Source of the DNA: Terriglobia bacterium
Lineage (GTDB): Bacteria; Acidobacteriota; Terriglobia; 20CM-2-55-15
Direction of reading: 5' to 3'
Assembly (NCBI GenBank): GCA_963664115.2
Contig: CAXWPJ010000012.1
Location: forward strand, 512,001-576,000
Length of the DNA stretch: 64,000 nt
Shown: positions 32,976 through 44,654 of the stretch, one piece after another
Layout of the letters: every line of letters starts with the position of its first letter
Position numbering within the stretch: the first letter of the stretch is position 1
Translations under genes and position numbers: made by a program
Notes under the pieces: generated by a model
What the model saw: the letters and a program-made list of their open reading frames with translations, nothing else
Told to the model about the DNA's origin: nothing
Databases searched by the model: none

Positions 32976-34358
32976 ATGCCGCTGATGTCCTCAATCTCAC
33001 GACGTTCCGTCTTGCAGGCATTCGTGGCGTCAGCATTCGCAGCGAGAACCGCACTGGGACAGACGCCTTCGCGGCCCAGGCCTTTGGCGAGCGACGCCGT
33101 CACCAGCGATTGGCCGACCTTTCTTGGGCCGACGCACGACGGTGTGTCCACGGAGACGAGGCTGAACCGGGAGCTGCCTCCTCCCCTGATCTGGGAGTTT
33201 GCCAGGGGGACCGGATACACGTCACCGGTTGTTGTCGGCGAGCGCCTCGTGCTCGTTCATCGAATCGGGGAAGAGGAGATCATCGAATGTCTGCATGCGG
33301 AGACAGGGGCGAGCCAATGGCAATTTCGATACACGACCGCCTTTGAGGATCGGTACGGGTACAACAACGGGCCACGGTCGAGTCCCATTATCGACGGCGA
33401 GCGGGTCTACACAATGGGGGCCGAAGGGAAGATGCATTGCCTGGAGCTCGCATCGGGAGAGGTGATGTGGAACCGCGACCTGCGTGCGGAATACGCGGTG
33501 ACACAGGACTTTTTTGGGACCGCATCCACTCCGCTCGTGGAAGGTCAGCTCCTGATTGTCAACGTGGGTGCGCCAGGCGGGCCGTCGGTGGTGGCATTCG
33601 ACAAGACGACGGGAGACGAGATATGGCGCGCCGGCACCGAATGGGGCCCCAGCTACGCGTCGCCGGTTCCTGCGTTGGTGCACGGAAGACGCCGCGTCTT
33701 TGTCTTCGCCGGTGGAGAGTCTGCCCCTCCGACTGGCGGCCTGATGTCGATCGATCCGGCGACGGGACGTGTCGATTTCACGTTCCCCTGGCGGAGCCGC
33801 AGCTTCGAGTCGGTAAATGCATCCTGTCCGGTGGTGTTCGACAATAAGGTGTTCATTTCTGCGAGCTACCGCAGGGGAAGTGCGCTCGTGGAAGTGCTGC
33901 CGGACTTCACGCACAGAGTTGCCTGGACGACCCAGGATTTCGGACTCCATTTCAATACGGCGATCCATCGCAATGGATACCTGTACGGATTCGATGGCCG
34001 GAACGAAGGGGATGCCTCGCTGGCATGCGTGGACGCGGCAACGGGAAGAGTCGTGTGGCGCGAGACGCCGGAGTGGACGGAGACCATCGAGACGCGAACC
34101 GTGATCGCAGGAACATACCGCGGATCGTTAATGGCTGTCGATGGGGCGTTCCTGTGCCTTGGGGAGTTGGGGCACCTGCTATGGTTGGACCTGACCCCCG
34201 AGGGTTATGAGGAGGTGTCGAGGGCGTGGCTGTTCGCGGCGCGCGAGTCCTGGGTCCTGCCGGTGCTCAGCCGCGGCCTGCTGTATGTCGCGCAGAACGC
34301 GCGGGACTTCTTGCAGGATACGGATCCGCGGCTGCTCTGTTATGACCTCAGGGCGTAG
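32976..34358 (+). CDS. PQQ-binding-like beta-propeller protein with Tat-like signal
   Basis: SRRSVL twin-Arg; DWPTFLGP, GPRSSP and YASP repeats. Confidence 0.85.
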   Translation: MPLMSSISRRSVLQAFVASAFAARTALGQTPSRPRPLASDAVTSDWPTFLGPTHDGVSTETRLNRELPPPLIWEFARGTGYTSPVVVGERLVLVHRIGEEEIIECLHAETGASQWQFRYTTAFEDRYGYNNGPRSSPIIDGERVYTMGAEGKMHCLELASGEVMWNRDLRAEYAVTQDFFGTASTPLVEGQLLIVNVGAPGGPSVVAFDKTTGDEIWRAGTEWGPSYASPVPALVHGRRRVFVFAGGESAPPTGGLMSIDPATGRVDFTFPWRSRSFESVNASCPVVFDNKVFISASYRRGSALVEVLPDFTHRVAWTTQDFGLHFNTAIHRNGYLYGFDGRNEGDASLACVDAATGRVVWRETPEWTETIETRTVIAGTYRGSLMAVDGAFLCLGELGHLLWLDLTPEGYEEVSRAWLFAARESWVLPVLSRGLLYVAQNARDFLQDTDPRLLCYDLRA

Positions 34359-34531
34359 CAGGCCCTGACGATCAGGAAGCGTACCCAAGATGAATTTGCC
34401 TAAAATCGAAGGCGATAGAAGCGGTTTCCGCAATTCCTGTAGCGAAAGGGGAGTACGAAGAACAGGAGAAGCCGTTCGAGCCAGCGCCGACGAGACCGGT
34501 GAATCTCTTTCGAGCTGCATCGGGGGCATTG

Positions 34532-34571
34532 CTCTCAATTTCCGACAAGATGATTTCTCAGGACTTGACCG
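34532..34571 (+). repeat. 40-bp dif-like array site, intact variant
   Basis: CTCTCAATTTCCGACAAGATGATTTCTCAGGACTTGACCG, followed by a kinase-tail remnant. Confidence 0.9.
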
Positions 34572-34637
34572 CGAAAAATTACGGCGTCGGCACCCGATGC
34601 TTCAGTTCTAAAATCAGTTCAGGCCGATGTTGATTTA

Positions 34638-34737
34638 GCTCGACGCACGACCGATGACTTAGGACTGGAGTGATATAACTAAAAAACCGTCTCTTAGAAA
34701 TACGGTCCTTTTGTCCAAATTATTCTGACGACGTACA
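34638..34737 (+). mobile_element. Solo right end of the IS3-family element
   Basis: AACCGTCTCTTAG...TCTGACGACGTACA. Confidence 0.85.
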
Positions 34738-34752
34738 GTGAAGGAGGCTTTT

Positions 34753-35058
34753 ATGCTCGTGGTTGCAGGAACACTTCCTATCAAGGCGGAGCGTTGGGCA
34801 GACGCGCAAGCCATGTCGAAAAACATGGTGGCGGCCACGCTCAAGGAGTCGGGCTGTATTAGTTATCAGTTCCACACGGCAACCGGCGCGGACAATACCT
34901 TTTTCCTGTTCGAGGAATGGGAATCCGAACAAGCGCTGGCCGCCCACTTCCAGACGGAACACCTACAGGCCTTCCTCAAAGAGGCGCCGAACCTGTTGGC
35001 CGGGCCACTCAATGTGAAGAAGTACACGGTCGAAAAAGTCGAGCCCCTGAACCCGTAG
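34753..35058 (+). CDS. Antibiotic biosynthesis monooxygenase / quinol monooxygenase family
   Basis: ESGCISY...FEEWESEQALAAHFQTEH; AAGGAGG RBS. Confidence 0.9.
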   Translation: MLVVAGTLPIKAERWADAQAMSKNMVAATLKESGCISYQFHTATGADNTFFLFEEWESEQALAAHFQTEHLQAFLKEAPNLLAGPLNVKKYTVEKVEPLNP

Positions 35059-35145
35059 CAGGAGAGCCGAGAATCCGCTGTTCGCCCTTTCGATTTGAAG
35101 TCGTTCTCAGCGCGGTAGAAACACGGCAGAAAACAGAAATTACAG

Positions 35146-35166
35146 TCCTCAACGTCCGAGAAGATG
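35146..35166 (+). repeat. Array site, left half (split by IS30)
   Basis: TCCTCAACGTCCGAGAAGATG; right half at 36419. Confidence 0.9.
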
Positions 35167-36415
35167 ATTCAGATCAACCGGTCGATGCAACACCTGCGTT
35201 TAATGTCTCTGCCGGATTAGCGAAGTCCAGCGTCTCACGAGGTCGCCCGTTGAGCTTCCTTGCGATCATATCCAAATGCTCCTGTGAGTGAACCGACAAG
35301 TCCGTACCTTTAGGGAAATACTGTCGGAGCAAACCGTTCGTGTTTTCGTTCGAACCCCGTTGCCAGGGACTCCTCGGATCGCAAAAGTAAACGGCAATGT
35401 CGGTGGCCAGAGTGAACCGTTTGTGATTGGCCATTTCCAATCCGCGATCCCAGGTCAGTGTTTTATAGAGTTCGGTCGGGAGTTTGTCTGCGTGTTCGAT
35501 CAGCGCGTTGATGACGGTTTCGGTTTCCTTATTCGGAACCTTCACCCGCATCACGTACCGGGAGAAACGTTCGACCAATGTCGCAATGTAGGTGTTGTTC
35601 GAACCCGCTATGAGATCCCCTTCCCAGTGTCCGGGGACCGCGCGATCTTCAACCGAAGCCGGGCGCTCACGGATCGATATCAGATCCGGGATCTGCCCGC
35701 CACCCCGGCCTTTGCGACTGGCATGCTGGGACCGGCGAATCGTGCGTTTGGTCCGTAGATGCTGTGTCAGTTCTTTCTTCAGAGCCCCGCGGGCCTGGAT
35801 GAAAAGGCTGCGATAGATCGTTTCGTGTGACACGTAAAGTGACTCGTCGTCTGGATATTCGCGTTTCAGCCAACCCGCAATCTGTCGCGGTGCCCAATCC
35901 TCCCGGAGCTTCTCTTCGACGATCCCGCGTAAGCTGGGATAGCGGATCAGTCGACATCTCTTCGGGCGGTGAGCCCGTTCCCATGCGCGTTCATCCGCCT
36001 CCAACGCTCGATAGTTATCATAGCCCCCATTGCGACCGATCTCCCGACTGACTGTGGAGGGTGTACGCGACAGCGACTCGGCAATTGAACGGATCGATCC
36101 CTTGGCGGCAATGCCTCGGGAAATCTCTTCACGCTCGGCGAGGGTCAGCGCCCGCTTAGAGCGGCATCGTGTCCTGGGACAGATTCCACCATACGGTGCG
36201 ATCTGACCATAAACCGAAGAGCCCTCCTTTCCGAACACACGTCCGATCGCTTTCAGACTCTCTCCCCGCTGCCAGCGAATCCACACCTCGTCTATATCGG
36301 CGAGTGTGTAGCCTCGCCGCACCCGGTCTTTACTCTGTTTCTTCCGTCGTTTCTTACGCATACACTCCACCTCCTCCTTTTAGGTACAGTGTTGCATCGA
36401 TCTGTTGAGACCACC
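35167..36415 (-). mobile_element. IS30-family IS (transposase 35174-36370)
   Basis: GHWEGDL, TWDRGLE and WQRGSNENTNGLLRQYFPK motifs; imperfect 27-bp terminal IRs. Confidence 0.95.
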
Positions 36416-36418
36416 TCG

Positions 36419-36436
36419 TTTCTCAGGACTTGACCT
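36419..36436 (+). repeat. Array site, right half (split by IS30)
   Basis: TTTCTCAGGACTTGACCT. Confidence 0.9.
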
Positions 36437-36510
36437 CGCTTTTCGTTCCAGGTTCGGTGACCTAATGGATGGTGGCTCACTTGCGGTGGGCACTCATTCA
36501 GAAACAGCGG

Positions 36511-36672
36511 CTACTTCTTCTTAGCCCTCTTGACGGAGGGCCGCTTGGGAAAGCACTGCCCATGGTAGACCTTGTCATCGGCAGCAGCCTGGTCTTCATT
36601 GGGTGAGATTCGAACGCGACAGTGTTGACACCAGACGCGAACGTCCGGGGTCGTCTCTTTCTTCGCTTTCAC
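36511..36672 (-). CDS. 53-aa putative zinc-binding microprotein (single-gene interval)
   Basis: GTG start with AGGAGG RBS; MKAKKETTPDVRVWCQHCRVRISPNEDQAAADDKVYHGQCFPKRPSVKRAKKK. Confidence 0.65.
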   Translation of the reverse strand: MKAKKETTPDVRVWCQHCRVRISPNEDQAAADDKVYHGQCFPKRPSVKRAKKK

Positions 36673-36712
36673 CTCGACCTCCTGAGGGGGGCCACTTAAC
36701 CCCCTGGTGGAT

Positions 36713-36752
36713 TTCTCAAGGTCCGAGAAGATGATTTCTCAGGACTTGAGAA
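36713..36752 (+). repeat. 40-bp dif-like array site, intact
   Basis: TTCTCAAGGTCCGAGAAGATGATTTCTCAGGACTTGAGAA. Confidence 0.95.
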
Positions 36753-36816
36753 TCATTTTCACGGTTGAAGGCTCAGAGCCCTTTTGTCATTCGATAGCTT
36801 CATTCTCTCCCACTCT

Positions 36817-36868
36817 GAAATCTCTTCCCTCCCCGCACGGTCCGTTGCAATAATTACGTCCTGTTGAA
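36817..36868 (+). repeat. 52-bp direct repeat (family 3), copy 1
   Basis: 50/52 identical to 38209-38260. Confidence 0.9.
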
Positions 36869-36969
36869 CTGAAAGGTTGAATGGACTGAAGCGAGGAAGC
36901 ATCTCAAGATCCTGAAGGATGATGTTGGGCTGACAATAACCATAGTAAGCTCAACGATGAGAGGAGGAC

Positions 36970-38109
36970 ATGGTGGCCGCGTTCTGGAAATGGTTCCAAT
37001 TGTTCTGGTGTTCCTTGATCAACACCCTCCGACTCTTTCTCGGTAGGCCCCCCTCGATGTCGTGTTGGTTGAAAAGCCATCCGAAGGTCGCAAACAGCAT
37101 CAAATGGCAGTTCATGTTTCAAGGCTCGGCCTATGACATTCCTGAAACAGCCAAGCGGGCATGGCCGAACTGGTCTTCTCAAGAAAAGTCTCGGCTGATT
37201 ACTGCCTTCAATGAGATGTGGCAGTGGATGAAGGCTCAGTCCGGAACTTTCTCGGCCGGCGGAGAAGGCATGGTTTACCCGCCTATCAACGTCAGGGATA
37301 CTACGAACGATAACGGTTCTCCGTGGACCGGAGTCAGCCAGGATTACGCCTGGGACCTGTTTGTTCGATGGATTGCACTTGAACTTGTCGTAGAAATCAG
37401 CAGCTACGTTTCCTGGTCGGTTACGGCCTATGACGAGGAGCAACTTCAAGTGCTGTTCGACAGCGTTGCGATCATGTCGCGGTTGTCAGATAACAGCTTC
37501 ACGCTTGCTACCGGGAGTCCAGGGCACTCTAACTATGTCAAGCGCAAGGACAATCTCGGCACATCCCTAATCGCGCCGCCGCAGTATACTTACGCTTTTC
37601 TCGTCAATAGAAATATCGTCGGTGCTTCCCGGATAGAAACTATCGGGAATCTTCTGCAATGGGTCTCCGACAGTCTGGCCCACTATTACGGGGCCTTCGT
37701 GTACCAGGAGACCGAAAACCACTGGCAGTATCGGGGCATCCCTCCGATTACCCGTATCATAGAGGGAACAACTAATCCTACTGTCGGTTCGGGCGGACAA
37801 TTCGATCATTGGACCGCGGGTTGCCACGGCACGACCGGACTCATCCGCAACGTATTGAGAGCGCTAAATATTCCGGTACACATCTCGACTGTGTGCGGTC
37901 ACTCGCAGGCGTTCTTCATCACCGAAGGCCTTTACCTCGACCATGGTGATAACCCCTACAACATCACCTTCAAGAACACCGGCCAGCCGGCATCCGCTCT
38001 ACTAATCGATCGCGGCACCTATGTCTCATGGTTTGGAACAAGCACCGACAATCGTAGCAATGGATGCGACAAGATCGGACATCAAGTAGACGTGCTGGCT
38101 GGAAATTGA
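36970..38109 (+). CDS. Hypothetical protein, possible Cys-His-Asp (transglutaminase-like) enzyme
   Basis: 379-aa ORF with AGGAGG RBS; GCHGT...CGHS...LDHGD. Confidence 0.7.
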   Translation: MVAAFWKWFQLFWCSLINTLRLFLGRPPSMSCWLKSHPKVANSIKWQFMFQGSAYDIPETAKRAWPNWSSQEKSRLITAFNEMWQWMKAQSGTFSAGGEGMVYPPINVRDTTNDNGSPWTGVSQDYAWDLFVRWIALELVVEISSYVSWSVTAYDEEQLQVLFDSVAIMSRLSDNSFTLATGSPGHSNYVKRKDNLGTSLIAPPQYTYAFLVNRNIVGASRIETIGNLLQWVSDSLAHYYGAFVYQETENHWQYRGIPPITRIIEGTTNPTVGSGGQFDHWTAGCHGTTGLIRNVLRALNIPVHISTVCGHSQAFFITEGLYLDHGDNPYNITFKNTGQPASALLIDRGTYVSWFGTSTDNRSNGCDKIGHQVDVLAGN

Positions 38110-38208
38110 GGTCCTCAGACTCGTGGTCCGATTGTCGTTAAATCAAGTTTCTTCGCGCAAAGTGTCTGAGTCATCCGGAGTCTCTATTCCGTTGAACAAC
38201 TAACCCGC

Positions 38209-38260
38209 GAAATCTCTTCCCTCGCCGCACGGTCCGTTGCAATAATTACGTCTTGTTGAA
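38209..38260 (+). repeat. 52-bp direct repeat (family 3), copy 2
   Basis: GAAATCTCTTCCCTCGCCGCACGGTCCGTTGCAATAATTACGTCTTGTTGAA. Confidence 0.9.
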
Positions 38261-38341
38261 GGGAGGGAGAATATGGTCGAGGAAGAGTCTTCGGTCCCAC
38301 AAGGTGGTGGGAGCATCAGGTGGACATAAAGAGAGCAGAGC

Positions 38342-38755
38342 GTGAATCTATTTCTAGCTTCTCCAAGTGCGATAGTAAGTCAGAGGTACGATCGTCTCAC
38401 CATCGTCTGCTTTGGGATTGTTTGGGCAGTCTACGCTTACCTGCCGCACGTTGCGACGCGCTTCCTACGTCCCGAGGAACAACCACCGCCCGGCGATATT
38501 AGGTGGTTATGGGCTCCCGCCTGTGCCGTTACTCTTATCTATATCTGTTTCCCTATCATTCTCCGACTAGACAAACTTTGGAAGATATTCACTTTCATTT
38601 CAGTGGGCTTGGCAATGTATCTGGCCCACGTCGGCGTTGCAGGTTTCGGCATAATCGATTTGTCATGGTTCGGGTTCTATTACGGCAGTCTCGGCATGAT
38701 TCTGCTTCTTTGGAATTCCCCCGATAAACCAGACGATTCAGTTAGATTTGTTTAG
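38342..38755 (+). CDS. Hypothetical membrane protein (5' end possibly disrupted)
   Basis: About four hydrophobic segments. Confidence 0.5.
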   Translation: MNLFLASPSAIVSQRYDRLTIVCFGIVWAVYAYLPHVATRFLRPEEQPPPGDIRWLWAPACAVTLIYICFPIILRLDKLWKIFTFISVGLAMYLAHVGVAGFGIIDLSWFGFYYGSLGMILLLWNSPDKPDDSVRFV

Positions 38756-39103
38756 TTTGCAGGGCTGACAGCAACCAGCCGCAAATTCCGTCGCCCCCCT
38801 CAATTTTTGAGTCAGAAATTTTTTGAGTCCCGTACTTCGATAACTACTTTATGGAGGCTCAATCGTTTGGTTCCATCCGACACCCTTGTCGATTTTCCCG
38901 TCAGGTTTTTTTCCTACGGTTTTTTGCTTGGGTTTTTTTTGATTGAAACTACATACACGTCGACGCTATCGAGGTGCTGTCATCAAGGGTTGATTCTCGC
39001 TTTTTGGTCGTCCCGACGGCTGAGTCTTGTGGTTGGATTCTGTCGTTGATCGAGAGAACGGAAATGTTTTGCATGAAAACGCATAGCATAAGCGTATGTA
39101 GAT

Positions 39104-39634
39104 ATGAAGTCGATGACGCGAACCGAATTTGAATCGATTGTGAGTGAACACCAGGCCATGGTCTACAGCATCGCTTACAATTTTTCCGGTGATGCCTCTG
39201 CGGCCGAGGAAATTGCACAAGAGGTGTTTCTACAATTGTTCAAAGTCAGCGACCAACTCGGGACACTGGCACACGTGAAACACTGGCTTCGCCGTACTAC
39301 GACCCACCGGTCGATTGACCAACTTCGGCGGAAGGGCCGTCGTGGCGAGGTGCCGATGGACGCCCTTCCCGAAATATCGGTGCCCAACCGCGAACGCGAC
39401 CCCCTGATCACCCAAAGGCTCCAGCGATTGGTTCGTGCGTTGCCCGAGAAGCCGCGGGCCGTCGTTCTTCTTCGTTACGGCGAAGATATGGATGTGGAAG
39501 AGATCGGAGAGATTCTGGAGATGCCTGTAGCGACAGTATGGAGCCATCTCAAGCGCAGCATTGCGATGCTGCGAGACAAATTCAGCCTCGACACGGAGGA
39601 GAAACATGAACGAGTTCGAACGGAATCTTCGTGA
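39104..39634 (+). CDS. ECF sigma-70 factor
   Basis: AEEIAQEVF and WL region 2; LPEKPRAVVLLRY...EEIGEILEMPVATV region 4. Confidence 0.92.
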   Translation: MKSMTRTEFESIVSEHQAMVYSIAYNFSGDASAAEEIAQEVFLQLFKVSDQLGTLAHVKHWLRRTTTHRSIDQLRRKGRRGEVPMDALPEISVPNRERDPLITQRLQRLVRALPEKPRAVVLLRYGEDMDVEEIGEILEMPVATVWSHLKRSIAMLRDKFSLDTEEKHERVRTESS

Positions 39635-39935
39635 CGCACTGGCGCGACGTTCCCCGAGGGAAGGTTTCACCGACAGGGTTCTGGACCAGGCCAAGCATTC
39701 CCGTTTGCAGCACAGTTCCCGTCGATGGGTCCGTTGGGCGGTCGCCGCTGCGGCGATTCTGGTTCTGACCGCGGCTCTGTTGATCCGTTCTGATCGGATC
39801 GAACGTGCCCGTGGCCAGCAGGCTAAGGAAGAGGTGCTGCTGGCGCTGAGAGTGGTAGGTCGAACGCTGAACCAGGTAGAGGAACGCGTCCGGCAGGCCC
39901 AGCCCTTACGCGTCGGGCAACCGGACAACAACTAA
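39606..39935 (+). CDS. Putative membrane anti-sigma factor
   Basis: Overlaps the sigma stop; P..GFTDRVL followed by a single TM helix. Confidence 0.75.
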   Translation: MNEFERNLRDALARRSPREGFTDRVLDQAKHSRLQHSSRRWVRWAVAAAAILVLTAALLIRSDRIERARGQQAKEEVLLALRVVGRTLNQVEERVRQAQPLRVGQPDNN

Positions 39936-39950
39936 AGTTGAGGAGGTTTC

Positions 39951-40547
39951 ATGCACCCATTAATTCTGACTTGCATGCTTATCTTTGGTGTACCGCTTGG
40001 GGCACAGACGATCGACCTTTCGTCTCTGGAGGGCCTGAGGGAAAATGCGGATAACGTCGTTTCGGTGAGTATCGGTCCGGAACTATTGGCGTTCGCAAAC
40101 GCCTTCTTGTCCGATGAAGACGAGGAAGAGGCCGCGGCACTCCAAGTCACCGAGCGCCTTAAAGCCATCGGGGTTCGCGTTTTCGAGTTCAACGAGCCGG
40201 GGCAATACGACACTGAAGATCTCGACGCCGTCTGGAAACAGTTGGACGCTGACGGCTGGAATCGAATCGTTGAAATCGACCAAGAAGACTCCCAAACTGG
40301 TGTTTGGATGTACATGGAACCGGAAGTGGCAAGGGCCTCAGAAACGGTAGGTGGTATGGCTGTATTGGTCGAGGAAGACGATAAAATCGTTCTAGTCAAT
40401 ATCGTTGGGTCCATCAGTCCCGCGGATCTCGCCGCTCTGGGTGCACAATTCGACTTGAACGACTTAGCTGATCTCGCTGATCTTGGGAACGACGATGAGG
40501 AAAATGATGAAGACGACGATGCTGATGGTGACAATGAGAATGATTGA
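39951..40547 (+). CDS. DUF4252-like secreted protein
   Basis: Signal peptide; V.VFEF and LVNIVGSI motifs; acidic tail; third gene of the ECF operon. Confidence 0.75.
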   Translation: MHPLILTCMLIFGVPLGAQTIDLSSLEGLRENADNVVSVSIGPELLAFANAFLSDEDEEEAAALQVTERLKAIGVRVFEFNEPGQYDTEDLDAVWKQLDADGWNRIVEIDQEDSQTGVWMYMEPEVARASETVGGMAVLVEEDDKIVLVNIVGSISPADLAALGAQFDLNDLADLADLGNDDEENDEDDDADGDNEND

Positions 40548-40658
40548 CGATTCTGTCGTTATATCTGGCAGGCAGGAACGCCGTACAACCTCGACTCTAA
40601 GTCGTAGGGTTTAGAGGACCACTCAACGGACTCGATGGTTCCTTCCAGAGAATGTGAA

Positions 40659-40695
40659 TTCTCAACTTCCGACAAGATTTATCAGGACTTGAGAA
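40659..40695 (+). repeat. Array site with a 3-nt deletion in the core
   Basis: TTCTCAACTTCCGACAA-GAT-TTATCAGGACTTGAGAA. Confidence 0.9.
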
Positions 40696-40707
40696 CTATT
40701 TTCACGA

Positions 40708-41001
40708 TCATCTCTTTGGAATTTCACGATTCAATTCTCTGAAAGTACCGCGGCGGTTTATCAAATCAATATCGGTCCACTGGCCGTCAATCTCAACGAC
40801 AACCCTGCCTTGGGGACCACCTGTGCCCGACCCAAGTCTGGTGATCAGGATACCGGCCCGACCAGAGAGTGGTATCCAAGACTCTTCGCTGACACCCGGA
40901 GGCATCGCGGGTTCCGTTTGCGCCAGTGTGGCGCGTGCGGGGTTCAGCAAGACGACAGCTACCAGTGCTACCATCAAAACAGCCAAGAAAAGAGATTTCA
41001 T
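40708..41001 (-). CDS. Small secreted hypothetical protein (single-gene interval)
   Basis: 97 aa with signal peptide and GGAGG RBS; lies between two sites. Confidence 0.8.
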   Translation of the reverse strand: MKSLFLAVLMVALVAVVLLNPARATLAQTEPAMPPGVSEESWIPLSGRAGILITRLGSGTGGPQGRVVVEIDGQWTDIDLINRRGTFRELNREIPKR

Positions 41002-41058
41002 TGTTATCCTCCGTTGCTTGATTAAGCAGTTAGACAGCAGGGGGCAGGATCGGTTTAA

Positions 41059-41098
41059 TTCTCAACGTCCGAGAAGATGATTTGTCAGGACTTGACCC
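41059..41098 (+). repeat. 40-bp dif-like array site, intact
   Basis: TTCTCAACGTCCGAGAAGATGATTTGTCAGGACTTGACCC, then ELKERVPVP* remnant. Confidence 0.95.
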
Positions 41099-41531
41099 AG
41101 GGGAATTAGGGAACCGGCACACGTTCCTTCAGTTCGGTGGCGCCGGCGATGGCCGTTTGGCGTGCCCTCATACGAAAACAACAACCATAACGGAGGCTCC
41201 GTCCCTTGAGACTCCGGCCACCCTCTATCCGTTCGGCCTCTGAATTTCCTCGTGCGGAATTCTTTCGAGCAATTTTTTCAACTTCAGTAAAGGGATCATG
41301 GCGAAGTTGAAAAGCCTCTACATTCGGTTGATGGCCTGCGAAAGAAAGTGCTTCCCGACCCGAAAAGACCCCCCCAAAAAAAACTGGACGAATTACAGAT
41401 ATTAGGGATATTGTTTCAATCACAAATAACAGAATCTTTCCAATGTACAAATTTCTGAACGTATTCCGGCCGGAATTACGTCCTGTTTGGTTCATAGGAG
41501 CGTCGACAAACGCGAGTCTAAGGAGGACCCT

Positions 41532-43164
<1,633 letters not shown>

Positions 43165-43169
<5 letters not shown>

Positions 43170-44654
43170 CCCGTCAGAGCATTTCGCACAGAATCCGCTG
43201 AAAAACTAAGAGACACTTTTCTAATCAGAACGATCTGAAGGAGGATCGAATGAGTGAGAAAGTGTCGGCAGAGAATCGGGTACGGGAGATTCGTCGGAAG
43301 ACGAGGAAGAAGTACTCGTCGGAAGAGAAAGTGCGGATTGTGTTGGAAGGACTGCGAGGTGAAGAGAGCATCGCAGCGCTGTGCCGACGCGAAGGGATTC
43401 CGTCAAATTTGTATTACCGGTGGAGCAAGGACTTCCTGGAGGCGGGGAAGAAACGGCTGGCTGGGGACACGAAGCGGGAAGCGACATCGAGCGAAGTCAC
43501 TGAATTACGCCAGGAGAACGAACAGCTGAAGCAGGTGGTAGCTGAAATACTGCTAAAGAATCGTTTTCTGAAAAAAACGTTGAACGTAACGGACTCCGAG
43601 AGCATCGATATATGAGGCAATCGGGATCTGAGAAGCTGGAGACGATCCGAGTGGTGGAAGACTCGGAGTTGTCGGTGACAGCGACCCTCCGGGAGCTGGG
43701 CGTCCCCCGCAGCACGTTCTACGGTTGGTATCGACGATACAAAGAGCGTGGCGCAGCCGGCTTGTTAGATCGGCATTCCGGCCCCGGCTTCTGCTGGAAC
43801 CGGATTCCGGGACCGGTGCGGGAACAGGTGGTCGAAACCGCGTTGAACCACCCGGAAGCCTCACCGCGGGAACTGGCCTGGCAGATCACCGACACCCAGG
43901 ACTACTTCATCTCCGAATCCAGCGTGTATCGGATTCTGAAGAGATGCGACCTGATCACCAGTCCCGCATACATCGTGATGACGGCCAGCGATCACTTCCA
44001 GCAGCCAACCCGGCGTGTGAACGAACTCTGGCAAACTGATTTCACTTACTTCAGGGTCGTCGGTTGGGGTTGGTACTACCTGTCGACCGTGCTGGACGAT
44101 TACTCTCGCTACATCATCGCCTGGAAGCTCTTTCAAACCATGGCCGCATCTGACGTTCAGGACACGCTGGACGTTGCACTACAGGCGACAGATGTCGGAC
44201 AAGTACAAGTCCGGCACCGACCGCGATTGTTGAGCGACAACGGCCCCTGCTACGTATCGCACGAACTCAAAGACTATTTACAACGTCGTGGTATGGAACA
44301 CACCCGGGGTGCGCCCTATCACCCGATGACACAGGGCAAGATCGAACGCTATCACCGTTCGATGAAGAACGTGGTCAAGTTGGAACACTACTATTATCCG
44401 TGGGAACTTGAGCAGGCGATCGCGCAATGGGTCGAACACTACAACCACCATCGGTATCACGAATCTCTGAACAACGTGACACCGGCTGACGTGTTCTTCG
44501 GGAGGGATCAGCAGATCCTTGCACGTCGTGACCAGATCAAAAGAAAAACGCTGGCTCGACGCAAAATCGAGAACCTTAGGATTGGAGTGGTATAACTTCA
44601 AAACCGTCTCTTAGCTAAATGGTCTTTTTGTCCGAATTATTCTGACGACGTACA
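43165..44654 (+). mobile_element. IS3-family IS, full copy 3
   Basis: Same ends; orfA 43250-43615, orfB 43612-44595. Confidence 0.95.

Noticed and set aside
41106-41495. 129-aa ORF ending ELKERVPVP as a real fusion gene
   Set aside because: It runs through the AT-rich upstream region of the divergent collagen gene; only the last 9 codons are kinase-tail derived.
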